Source of the DNA: Octopus bimaculoides | Lineage: Eukaryota | Direction: 5' to 3' | Assembly (NCBI RefSeq): GCF_001194135.2 | Contig: NC_068991.1 | Span: 44,839,898-44,903,897, forward strand | DNA length: 64,000 nt | Shown: in pieces, positions 25,961 through 37,733 of the stretch | Layout: the number at the start of each line of letters is the position of its first letter | Numbering within the stretch: position 1 is the first letter of the stretch | Position numbers and translations under genes: made by a program | Notes under the pieces: generated by a model | The model's input: only the letters and a program-made list of their open reading frames with translations | The model's database searches: none | Told to the model about the DNA's origin: nothing

Positions 25961-27837
25961 CAAATACGGGCGTACAGACACACATACACACATATTCGAT
26001 GGGCTGCCACATAGGTTGCAAAGCAAGCTTCATAACCACACAACCTTTCCTGCGTCTTTGGGTAAGACGCAAGTTGTTCTCAGGTTATTATTCTCCGAAG
26101 AGCCTCGTATTACCTACAACTGAGTTAATTACCTTACCCGGAGAAGCATCAAAATCTCGCAATGGATTATCAATCATATCATGAATTATCATTCCAATAA
26201 TTTCTCAATTTCGATCGCTTGAGGCAGCAGGTCTCAGTTGATGAGTTTGACGTTGGTGCTGTAAGTTTGACTTTGGTTCTATTCTGTAAGTTTGACGGTG
26301 GTGCTATTCGGTTTTGGGAAAATAACTAAACACCTTTTGAAATACCAAGCGTGAGTACCATAGGAACAGCTACATATTAGCTAGTAAGGCCCAGATTTAT
26401 ACATAGTAACAAATTATTTAGACTCATAATATAAGCAATATTATGAGCATATTCAGGGTGCTGTGTTGAAATCCATGCCGAATAGCTTAGATTTCTGGTT
26501 GTATATATATATATATATATGATTTTACTATGGTAAATAATGCCTAGGGAACTGGAAAATTAACGTAGCATCAGTAGTGTCAACAAGGGTGTAATCGCTG
26601 TTAGTGTGATGATCAACGCGCTGTCAAAATTATTGCTAACAGTTGTGCCTGTATTGGTGTCAAAAAGGATGTCATTTAAGAACTGCAGTGTCACCAAGGA
26701 TGTAAATATTGACACCAATAATTTGTCAATAATAATCTTAACTTAGGTGTAAATTTATCTCAAATGTAATGTCAGCATTGTCAGCAATACTAACATTTGT
26801 AGGCATAAGAATAAAATTTTGATGTAACGATGATTCATCATTGGTTTTTACTGCATTATCAACTGTTTAAGCCTATGTTATCTCTGATTTAATAGATATG
26901 TTACCAAATGTATTTCGATTTTAACTATCCTGTATCTATGACGACATGTGTACTTCCTATTTAGAGACCATGTTGTTGCTTTTGTTTAATCATAAGTCTA
27001 CGTTGATAGCAAAGATCTTTGAATGGAGGAAATCACAACCGTAACTATCCTAGCCTTCCTGGGTATTACAAAATAATTCAGTAGGTTCTTTCCATTTTTA
27101 ATACATTGCTTGCCGTTTCCAGGTTAGTGCTGTCTACAATTGTTGTGAAAGCACATTTTAGCGCTGCATTCACAGTGTTGATGTTACTGTTATATCATTT
27201 ATAAGTATATATGATACAAATTTGAGTCAACTTCTCAGATAACCTTGCCGACTTCATCACTTTCCACGCCGGATCATCTGAAGTTAATGAGGACCTGATT
27301 GCATCATAGTGTAATGGATGGCATTTTTTAACACCTGATTCAGAGCTACCTACTATGATCTTACTTTCACTGTCATAAAATAAGCCCCATAAAAGTTTGT
27401 GATAATGTGGGTAATACGTCGAACTACGTAAAGTTAAACATAATCCATGGTAGCTAGAAAAATGTACGACTAAACTTTATAGCACAATCGATTCAGGACT
27501 ATCCAAGGCACTGTAAGCTGAAAACAACGACAATAACATGAGCCAGTTTATTTTATATTAAACAATAACCCTAAGAAATACTTTTCATTTGAGAACAACA
27601 CATCGATCGCTTGACAACAGCCAGCTAAATCGATTAAAAAATAAAATCAATAAATGAAGTATGTCATGCGCATTTCTTACTTAATTCAAAATTGTTTATC
27701 TAAGCATTACTGTACTCAAACGGGCGTAGTGTTACCTGGTCTATTGAAAGAATAACAAGTTTTTATGCAAGCATGAAACTTAAGATTTATTAAGAGGAAC
27801 TAAAATGTTATCTGTAGCAATTACTTTTCACAAGGAC

Positions 27838-28520
27838 ATCTGTCACGGATGTTGGACCGTTCTATGTGAGACTCAAAAGCGGATCCCGAAAATAGCTCGG
27901 GTCTGTGAAACATATAGACTGTTTTAACTCTGTACGTAAGCATTGTGACTTCCATGAGTAAAGCCGGGCGTCTTGATGACGTACATAAAATTCGTGACGA
28001 GATGAAGTGTACGGAGGCAGTATTGCCTGGATTTGCCTGGATTTACTTGGGATTATACTTAAGGACCTATACCTTCACGGAAGTACGGACCAACCTCTAT
28101 ACCTTCTGGAATAAGATGATCTGTTAACTTTATTCTCCAGTCTTTATTTTTCTATCTACTGTTTTATTCTTTTATACACTGTGAATTCTCTGTCTGGAAC
28201 TTTCCTACATACCTTGTCTCTGATGACGGAATACTCAGTGTATGGAGATGCTGACCCATCATCCGGGATATCTCAGAAACAGCTGTAAGACATTAATTAC
28301 TTCTAATTCACCTTTCTCTAATTAAATACTCTAAATGATCTGAGATACTTGCCCTGCCTTGGTTTTGTTGTCCTTTTTCCTCTAATATATACTTGTTAAC
28401 TCGGAAGCCTACTACGGATCCCTACTCCAGCCTCAGTTGTGAACTTGGAACCTAACGGATGACCAATTATAGCACTTACATAGCGTACCTATTCGTTTAG
28501 ATCGTCAGTCAACTAAACTC
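27838..28520 (+). mobile_element. Penelope-like element 3' remnant / pseudo-LTR
   Basis: Higher-complexity island containing a type I hammerhead with a palindromic stem III, which is the hallmark of PLE pseudo-LTRs. The upstream fragments DPENS and KHIDC weakly resemble the end of a PLE GIY-YIG domain. Confidence 0.65.
28215..28292 (+). ncRNA. Type I hammerhead ribozyme motif
   Basis: Stem I TGTCT (28215-19) pairs with AGACA (28288-92). Core CTGATGA is at 28220-26, stem II region at 28227-75, GAAA at 28276-79 and the palindromic stem III is ACAGCTGT. The GUA cleavage triplet predicts a cut after 28287. Confidence 0.8.
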
Positions 28521-28523
28521 CTC

Positions 28524-28524
<1 letters not shown>

Positions 28525-28554
<30 letters not shown>

Positions 28555-28620
28555 TGTATGTATGTATGTATGTATGTATGTACGCATGGACGTATGTACG
28601 TATGTATGTATGTATGTATG
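28525..28620. repeat. (TATG)n microsatellite
   Basis: Direct tandem units. Confidence 0.95.
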
Positions 28621-29139
28621 TGTATGTGATTTATAGCAGTAATTATTCAAAAGTAAAGTTAATTCTAATTTGGAGAGTTCTACGTATTCGCTATAAGAAT
28701 ATCCTGTATGAATATCCCTTTGTCTGTCCTTGTTTGTCTCCTCTATGTTTAGCCCCTTGTGGGCAATAAAGAAATAAAAATATTTGATACAGTCCATTAA
28801 TTCACTTGTTTATGTTGATTCTTATTTGCATATTTATTGAAAAGGAAGTACACAACATAAAGTTTTCTTAGTTGGCTTCTGCAAACGAGTTACTGAAAGC
28901 AGAAGAAATGGTATAGTTTATTGAATTACTATATACACATTTATTCGGAAGTTGGAGATTTCTATATAGAAGAGATCAGTTAGGTTCGGTCGTGAAATAT
29001 TGTTTGTAAAGAGAAGAAAAAAAAAAAGAAGAAAAATAAGCTTTTATGTTCTGCTGGGATCTCGGGTTACCGCTGTTGCAATGCAGTTATCGTATTTAAA
29101 GAAGTAATCATGCATATGAGGACATAAAGAGATAAATTC

Positions 29140-29400
29140 CATTCATTTGTTTAACGTTTTGGTTCTGCGGAAAACTTTTCCAAGGTGCAGAAACTGCAGA
29201 AAGCATTTGATTCTGTGTAATAATGGCTCTAAAAGTTTCCCTTCAAAGGTATGAGATATCAATATATTTACCAAAATGCATGTGTTGGTTGGCTTGTGTT
29301 CTGTCACCATTTCTACTTTCTGAATAGTAATTTTGTTGATAGAGACATTGCTCATAAATTGTTTAGCAGACATTCCTCTATAATCAATGCACTTTCGCTT
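29140..29400 (-). mobile_element. Probable Penelope-like RT thumb fragment
   Basis: ORF 29143-29373 contains EHKPTNTCILVNILISHTFEGKLLEPLLHRIKC, which resembles the PLE motif YRKPTxTxxxLxxxSxHPxxxKxxxxxxLxxRA. Confidence 0.45.
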
Positions 29401-29822
29401 GTATATTAAATGTTACAATGTTTTCATTTTTCAGTGACTCGATTTCAAAGAATCACAGTAGTTAAACCTTTTCTTTTTCATAAATATACACACCAACAAA
29501 CACTACAATATTTCTACAAACACATGAATCCGTCCCAAAACAGTCACACACGTTTCAGGCACTGTAAGCGCGTGCACACACACGCAAGCGTGTTAGATTC
29601 TGTTAGACAGAGGGTTAGATTCTACGAAAACATCAATACAGGAATACCACGAAAACAAGGATAGACAAATTAATTCAAGCATACCAAATACTAATATAGC
29701 ATATTGCCCGCGTTCTTGTTTTAAAAACTAACATATACAGGTGTTACAAAAGATCTTACTCGACACTGTCTGAGGAGCTATAATCTGGCGAAGCAAGTTG
29801 TAAAGTTGTGTGTGAGTGTGTG

Positions 29823-29900
<78 letters not shown>

Positions 29901-30311
29901 CAGCCGTTAGAAAAATTCACCTGTCAATTTAAGCGGAACGCTTGCTCCTGCTAAGCTTAGAAATTTATCGTATTCCATAATTGAGAAAAATGTGCATATA
30001 TTCATTACCACCAACAAATATATATTTTTAGATAATGATTTTAATTTCATGTAAAGTATTGTCATTGGGGAGACTAATGTATATACTTTAGAGAACGAAA
30101 ACACTCATACACACAAGCGCATACACATATACAAATACATTCATATAGATTGATTCATATATAACTACAGCCGTACGTGGATCATTGCGCACGCAAAACT
30201 ATATCCAAACATTGGAGTATATATATTTATATTGAGATGTATGCCTAACAAAGTATATTACGTTCAACTAGTTATACAATCACGCACGCATTCTTGTGTG
30301 AGCACGTGAAA

Positions 30312-30365
<54 letters not shown>

Positions 30366-30642
30366 TCACACACACACATACATATACATACACATGCGTG
30401 AACGTATTTTAACAGCAGTTTCACCCGGCTCCACATCACAACATTTTGGGGCGCTTAGGGATCATCGATTCATCAGATGTTCTGTTCCTAGCAGGTGACG
30501 AGATGGACTTGTTCTACGTGTCCAAGAAATATATCGTACGGAGCTGCGTTAAACTGTTATTAAAAGTAAATGTGACTGTTACCAAGTGAATTGAATGCTA
30601 CTATGCTACTCAACACATTTCATACGAGTGATCACTTATTCG

Positions 30643-30689
<47 letters not shown>

Positions 30690-30934
30690 NNNNNNNNNNN
30701 NNNNNNNNNNNNNNNNNNNNNNNNNNNNNNNNNNNNNNNNNNNNNNNNNNNNNNNNNNNNNNNNNNNNNNNNNNNNNNNNNNNNNNNNNNNNNNNNNNNN
30801 NNNNNNNNNNNNNNNATATGTCTATAAATGTACGGATATAGGAGCATGTGTACGTACAAATATAGATTTAGATCCACGTAGTAGACATAGAAATACACAC
30901 TCACACACACACAAACATACACACACTCTTACGC

Positions 30935-30982
<48 letters not shown>

Positions 30983-31086
30983 ACACACATATATATATAG
31001 AGAGAGAATGACATACATAGAAAACAAAAGAATGGAGAATTATGCATTTTAATCAGCTTACACGTGTTTCAGATACATTGGTATTA

Positions 31087-31234
31087 AATCAAGCATATTA
31101 GTCGATCCCATATTTGATCGACTAAGAAACCACAGCGATTGAGAAGTTTAATACTATCCTATCCTTAACACAGCTGCACAACGCTGCTTGGAATAGAGAA
31201 CAATTTAAAAGCGACAAATAATAGTAAAGCTAAC
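31087..31234 (+). repeat. Repeat of about 150 bp, inverted partner of 34814-34963
   Basis: AATCAAGCATAT...ACAGCGATTGAGAAGTTTAATACTATCC...GCTGCTTGGAATAGAGAACAATTTAAAAG is homologous to the reverse complement of 34814-34963. Confidence 0.8.
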
Positions 31235-31579
31235 AATATTTATTTGTGTAAGAGGTAGGGTGTTATGTCAGCAAATGTACTTAGCAATTGTAATTATCAG
31301 GTTAATATAATATTGTATGTAATATGATATAGCAATATTCCTAGCACATTTAGACAGTTATTAACCCTTCAAATATACATGGGTGGCATGTATAGCTAAA
31401 CTGTTCATTAACTGTATTACTCAGATGGCAGTGGGAATGTCATTTAAATAGTATTTTTTCTAAATATTATCTGTGAGTAGAAAACAGATTGAGTTAGTGA
31501 GAATTTCAAAAAGAAAATTAATTATTCTAAAGGAATAAATACTTAAAACTTAAAATAATTGTAATATGGTTAAGATAAC

Positions 31580-33090
31580 TTAAGGTAAAAAAAGAATAAT
31601 AATTAGAAATAAACAAAAATAAAGATGAAATAAATAAGTTAAAAAATAAAATAAATTGAAAAGTACGCGGCCTCCAAGAAAGACTGTGACCAGTAGCTGG
31701 AGGCCTACCTCAGCCGTGGCCCGTTTGTCTATCTGTTGGCTTGTCTGTCGTATGGGTCTCCAAGCATGCTCTTCACTGCGGATAAGGTCATACCATCTTC
31801 GACTGACGTTCAACGGGTGATCCATTGGGCTCCTCCTATTCGATCGGGGTGGACATCATTGCTCAAAGCATCTTGGTGCCTTTCAATGTATGGTACCTGA
31901 GCGATGCGACGATAGGCGAACCCGTAGAGAGTGTCTGCTATAATTTTCGATCAGTGCTTCCTGCTCTGGAGAGAGTTAGCCTCGAGATTAACTCGTCCAA
32001 ATCAATGCTGAGCGTCAGCTACGACGCAGAGGATTTTGTGCTCTCCGTCTCGGACGTGCATTCATTACTTCACTAGATACAGGTAACCTCGTAAGAGGAC
32101 GTCCTTATACATAGTTCACCAATCCTTTCGCCTACCCTTTCGCATACCCTCAAATCTAGGCTTCGCTTGCTCGTAACTTTGACAAGCAGACTGAATGCAA
32201 TCGACGCCATCCAGCATTCTTCCTGGTAAGGAACTGCTTCGCTATGCCGAAGCAATTGTCTACCATCCGCAGTGCCTCTTGCTACAACCACACACCTCTC
32301 CTCACAGATCTCGACGCCTGTATCCAACAGGCCGCTGAAGATATATGCAACGTTCGATTTCATGACACTGGAAGACAATAGACTACCTTATCCATTAGAT
32401 ATGGCGGCCGCGACCTCCGCTCTCCGGTTTCACTGGTCCTGCCGGCATTTCTTTCGTCTGTGATCGCTTGACGTGTTCTCATCAACAGCGGTACCTGGCT
32501 CAATGCAGTGTCATCACTCTCGACTGGTATTCAGCTTGATAGCGACTGCCTGCACATTGGTGTTTCACCGAGGCATGGCTTCTAGATCTGTGAACCTCCC
32601 AAATGCAGTTGTGGATCCACTATGGTTTCAGTTATTCTTCACTCATTGTCATGCCATTAAAGTGTTGGTCGCCTTCCACGCCATGCTGATTTCAATGAGA
32701 TCATAAAGCATGGCCTAGACGTCGCAGGTTCGAGACAGCGGGGTCAAACTGAGGTGACGGTAAAAGGCTTGACAGTATGACAACTTTCTCGTTCCATGGT
32801 TGTAGACTCATAACCTGAAATGTTATATGCTGTGACACTTTCTCCTGTGACAACTTCGTGCGTCCAGCGACCAGCCCAGGCTCCGCTGCTCGTGAGGCCG
32901 AGAAGGGCAAACTGTATATGTCAGCAGCTCTCTGACGGGTTTGTGCTCGAGCTAGCAGGAGTGGAGACCTCCAGTGGCCTCTGTCTCTGGACAATATCCC
33001 TGCTTTAGAGCCGGAGGTGGCTATCCTCAAGTGTGGACCCCGTGAGCCAGAGAAGGACTATGAGACAAATCTAACTGGAGGTGACCATGC
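31580..33090 (-). mobile_element. 5'-truncated, decayed RTE-clade LINE (RT domain and C-terminus)
   Basis: GC-rich island. Minus-strand motifs in order: CDV*AMLY (resembling GCVLAPxLF), DDTAL (plus coordinates 32501-32515, resembling ADDCAL), ASIAFSLL...KRSLDLRV (resembling ASxAFGRL...xRxLxLxTK; ORF 32073-32378) and *EE..MDHPL (resembling WExLAxDRPxW). A T/A-rich tail lies at 31580-31660. Confidence 0.8.
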
Positions 33091-33619
33091 TATGTAAATC
33101 ATTGAACAACATTATCAATAATTTCTAGTTGTTTTAAAATGTTAAGTTTGGAGATTGCAAACAAGAAAGTAGAAGTTACACAGAATAGAAATATAATCTA
33201 TCACCCGAAATTTGACACGAAAAAGAAAACAAATTAAAACAAAAACGTAGTTCTTTCGTAAGCAATGGACATTTCAGTCGACTTTTACAGTTACCTAACC
33301 GGTTTATTATTCAGAGATTTTTCGTCTGAAATGTTCATTTCATCTATTGTCAATATTAGGTGTTGAGCTAGGAATCTATTCTGTAGTAAGATACGATACA
33401 TCTGATATACACGTTTTCCCAATTCGAGCTAATTCGAGTTTGTTTTTTTATTATATCACTGTTGTTTCTAATATTATTATTATTATTTCTATGATTATTA
33501 TCAATCATTATCATCACCATCATCATTAGTATCATCATTACAATTTCTACTTCGATTAATATTATTGTTACCACTATTGTTATGGCTACTATCCTTATTA
33601 CTATTATTAAGTGGATTGA

Positions 33620-33835
33620 ATGCGGCAAGCTGACAGAATTGTTAGCACGCTGGACGAAATGCTTAGCGGTATTTCGCCCGTCACTACGTTCTGAGTTCAA
33701 ATTCTGCCGAGGTCGACTTTACCTTTCATCCTTTCGGGGTCGATAAATTAAGTACCAGTTGAGTACTGGAGTCGATGTAGTCGACTATCCCGCTCCCCAA
33801 ATTCCAGGCCCTGTGCCTATAATAGAAAGGATTAG
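33620..33835 (+). mobile_element. Full-length SINE family A copy with 12-bp TSD
   Basis: Head GCGGCAAGCTGACAGAATTGTTAGCACG...GAGTTCAAATTCTGCC and central GTCGACTTTACCTTTCATCCTTTCGGGGTCGATAAATTAAGTACCAG. It is flanked by TAAGTGGATTGA at 33608-33619 and 33836-33847. Confidence 0.92.
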
Positions 33836-34249
33836 TAAGTGGATTGACTAAATCCATTTCAAGAAACTCTCCTAATTTATTAGCATTATGCGCAACTATA
33901 GTTTAAACCAAGTTTCTCATGCGGAATAGGCAAGTTCAACCATGTGTCTGTTAAATAATCTACAATTACTTGATGGTGAGAAATGCTTGTTTAGAGTCAT
34001 GAAAAATTTACCTGGTATATTGGTGGCTATTCGGGTCCCGTATGGAGCATTGTACCATGTCACCTGCATCGAACAAGCTCCCTGCTATCTAGGATTAATA
34101 TTAAAGTTACTACTTCTTAATATATCCCCATGTATGCAGTTATAAGTAAAGATGTGAGGGGACCCGTATTTACCCTTTGAGTTTGATTCGTTCAAAGTTT
34201 GTTGTATTTCTATTGCAATATTTTTGTTCTTTCTGTTATAAGTACTACC

Positions 34250-34635
34250 GTGGAGGCGCAATGGCCCAGTGGTTAGGGCAGCGGACTCGCGGTCATAGGA
34301 TCGCGGTTTCGATTCCTAGACCGGGCATTGTGAGTGCTTATTGAGCGAAAACACCTAAAACTCCACGAGACTCTGGCAGGGGATGGTGGCGAACCCTGCT
34401 GTACACTTTCACCACAACTTTCTCTCTCTTACTTCCTGTTTCTGTTGTGCCTGTAATTCAAAGAGTCAGCCTTGTCACACTGTGTCACGCTGAATATTTC
34501 CGAGATCTACGTTAAGGGTACACGTGTCTGTGGAGTGCTCAGCCATTTGCACGTTAATTTCACGAGCAGGCTGTTCCGCTGATCGGATCAACTGGAACCC
34601 TTGACGTCGTAAGCGATGGAGTGCCAACAACAACA
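34250..34635 (+). mobile_element. Full-length tRNA-derived SINE (family B) with 13-bp TSD and (CAA)n tail
   Basis: A box TGGCCCAGTGGTT and B box GGTTTCGATTCC; ends in GCCAACAACAACA. It is flanked by TATAAGTACTACC at 34237-34249 and 34636-34648. Confidence 0.93.
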
Positions 34636-34813
34636 TATAAGTACTACCAATATTATCGTATATATTACCATCCATACCATTGTCACTATTATTATAATTA
34701 CTACTATCAATATTATCATTATTATTATCTCTATTATACTGTCTTAAACTGACAATTACAATTCCTAAGTAAGTATGCAGACATATCTCTCTACATTTTA
34801 CACTGGTCAAATA

Positions 34814-34963
34814 GTTTTAGGTTTAATACTATCTGTCTCCCTTAAAATGTTATCTATTCCAAGCAGTGCGGTGCAACTTTGTTGAAGATGGAATGGTGTT
34901 AAACTTCTCAATCTCTGTAGTATCTGCATCGAGCAAGCATGGGAGCCATGGATATGCTTGATT
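34814..34963 (-). repeat. Repeat of about 150 bp, inverted partner of 31087-31234
   Basis: The reverse complement reads AATCAAGCATAT...ACAGAGATTGAGAAGTTTAACACCATTCC...ACTGCTTGGAATAGATAACATTTTAAG. Confidence 0.8.
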
Positions 34964-35287
34964 ATTATGTTGTAGAATTATGTAACAAGAAAGAGCATAT
35001 GAAACGTGCGTTAGAGGATTAAAATGTATATTTCTCACTTCTTTGATGCTTTTCTACTATATTCTGAGACCTTATACTGAATTTATTCTGTGCATTAACT
35101 TTGAACTTGCAGATTGAACAGGCAACGAAAAAATAAATCTCCATACATGAATTACGATAGTCAAGTTTGATCCCTGTAGAATGTATACAAAACATTTGCC
35201 TGAATTTTAAATCACTTTTTTTCTCTGAATTCACACACACACACACACACACTAACACAGACACACGCACACGCACGCACTCGCACG

Positions 35288-35329
<42 letters not shown>

Positions 35330-35330
<1 letters not shown>

Positions 35331-35478
35331 AAACACAGGTAAGAAGCTTGCTCCTCACCCACATGGCTCCGTGTTCACCCCCACTGTGTGACACCTTGGG
35401 TAAGTGTCTTCTACTATAACCTGGGGCCGACCAAAGCCTTATGAATGGATTTCGTAGACGTAAACTGAAAGAAGCCCG

Positions 35479-35535
<57 letters not shown>

Positions 35536-36110
35536 TGTGCCCCCCCCCACTTGACAACTTGTGTTATATGTTTACGCCTCCGTTACTTAGCAAAAGAGAC
35601 CGATAAAATGAGTACTAGTCTTTGAAAAATAAGCCCTGGTGGCGATTGGTTTGACTATAACCCTTAGGGTCCTCCAGCATGGCCGCAATCAACTGATTGA
35701 AACAAGTAAAGGAATAAAGCGAAGGCGTGACTATGTGATTAAAATTTTTCTTCCCAACCACATGCTTCTAGGTTCGGTTTCATTGTGGAACCTTGGTCAG
35801 GATGTCTTATACCATAGCTCCGGGTCGACCAAATCTTTGTGAGTGGATTTGGTGAATGGAACATGAAAGAAGCCTGTCATATATATATATAATATATGTC
35901 TGTGTGTCTTGGTGTTTGTGTTGTCCTTCCACCTCTTCACAACCGTTGTAGGTATGTTTATATCCCTTTAACTTACCAATTTGGCAACAAAATCTAAATA
36001 GAATATGTGCCAGACGAAGGAAAAAGTAGTGGAGTCGATTTGTTTGACTAAAACCCTTTAAGGTGGTGACCCATCATAGCCACAGCCTATAACTGGAAGA
36101 AGTAAAAGCT
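35330..36110 (+). mobile_element. Two tandem SINE family C copies (about 35330-35715 and 35755-36110), each with an internal (AT)n
   Basis: Head ...CACCTTGGGTAAGTGTCTTCTACTATAACC...GACCAAAGCCTT...GAAAGAAGCCCGTC, then (AT)n at about 35480-35530, then tail ...CTCCAGCATGGCCGCAATCAACTGATTGAAACAAGTAAAGG. The second copy is more diverged and has the same layout. Confidence 0.85.
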
Positions 36111-36269
36111 AAAACACACATACACACACAATCACACACACACACATTTATACATACATATATATTACGTGATTGACCAGATTATCGAATGTTGTTACAC
36201 AAAGCTGGTCACAATACCCTTTGCATCGTTTTAACTTTTGAATGATGCCGCTTTGCTGGCTACGCGAGC

Positions 36270-36400
36270 AAGCTAATATTTTCCCTATCGGAAGTCTAGT
36301 CTCTTGCAGGGTTACCCTTTTACAGCTGAGTGTACTGGAGCAAAGCGAAATGTAGTGCTTTGCTCAAGAACACAACTTACCGCTCGGCTCGGGAATTGAA
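36270..36400 (-). mobile_element. Partial SINE related to the 16901-17226 head and middle
   Basis: CTGGAGCAAAGCGAAATGTAGTGCTTTGCTCAAGAACACAAC is similar to TTGGAGCAACGTGAAATAAAATGTCTTGCTCAAGGACACAAC at about 17115-17155. Confidence 0.6.
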
Positions 36401-37695
36401 AGCATATATAGATATATATATATACATACACATAACCTTAGAGTCTAACGTACAGTCCTCCAGTACACATCCCCTTTTGCCTTTCTCTGCATTTTTCTTT
36501 CTTCGCTCTCACATTGTGAAGAAGAGCTTAAACTCGAAACGTCAAGGTGATTTCTACTTTCTTTCCTTTCACCGAGCGTCAAACTAAAGATAACATGTTG
36601 TTAATGCTTAGCTTGGCATATATTTGTACAAACATGCATATATTCGAGTGTTGCATAAGTAAAAATGTGTATAAAGTGTATATATATATNNNNNNNNNNN
36701 NNNNNNNNNNNNNNNNNNNNNNNNNNNNNNNNNNNNNNNNNNNNNNNNNNNNNNNNNNNNNNNNNNNNNNNNNNNNNNNNNNNNNNNNNNNNNNNNNNNN
36801 NNNNNNNNNNNNNNNNNNNNNNNNNNNNNNNNNNNNNNNNNNNNNNNNNNNNNNNNNNNNNNNNNNNNNNNNNNNNNNNNNNNNNNNNNNNNNNNNNNNN
36901 NNNNNNNNNNNNNNNNNNNNNNNNNNNNNNNNNNNNNNNNNNNNNNNNNNNNNNNNNNNNNNNNNNNNNNNNNNNNNNNNNNNNNNNNNNNNNNNNNNNN
37001 NNNNNNNNNNNNNNNNNNNNNNNNNNNNNNNNNNNNNNNNNNNNNNNNNNNNNNNNNNNNNNNNNNNNNNNNNNNNNNNNNNNNNNNNNNNNNNNNNNNN
37101 NNNNNNNNNNNNNNNNNNNNNNNNNNNNNNNNNNNNNNNNNNNNNNNNNNNNNNNNNNNNNNNNNNNNNNNNNNNNNNNNNNNNNNNNNNNNNNNNNNNN
37201 NNNNNNNNNNNNNNNNNNNNNNNNNNNNNNNNNNNNNNNNNNNNNNNNNNNNNNNNNNNNNNNNNNNNNNNNNNNNNNNNNNNNNNNNNNNNNNNNNNNN
37301 NNNNNNNNNNNNNNNNNNNNNNNNNNNNNNNNNNNNNNNNNNNNNNNNNNNNNNNNNNNNNNNNNNNNNNNNNNNNNNNNNNNNNNNNNNNNNNNNNNNN
37401 NNNNNNNNNNNNNNNNNNNNNNNNNNNNNNNNNNNNNNNNNNNNNNNNNNNNNNNNNNNNNNNNNNNNNNNNNNNNNNNNNNNNNNNNNNNNNNNNNNNN
37501 NNNNNNNNNNNNNNNNNNNNNNNNNNNNNNNNNNNNNNNNNNNNNNNNNNNNNNNNNNNNNNNNNNNNNNNNNNNNNNNNNNNNNNNNNNNNNNNNNNNN
37601 NNNNNNNNNNNNNNNNNNNNNNNNNNNNNNNNNNNNNNNNNNNNNNNNNATATTCAATATTTATATGTATTTGTAAATAGATATGAAAATATTTG

Positions 37696-37733
<38 letters not shown>

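Noticed and set aside
26245-26330. Short direct repeats (GTAAGTTTGAC...GGTGCT; similar 28-bp repeats at about 47550-47620) as a CRISPR-like array
   Set aside because: There are only 2-3 degenerate adjacent units with no unique spacers, in a eukaryotic context. These are ordinary minisatellite-like duplications.
34250-34325. tRNA-like sequence as a genuine tRNA gene
   Set aside because: It continues into a SINE body with a (CAA)n tail and a 13-bp TSD, and I cannot fold a complete cloverleaf. It is a SINE head.
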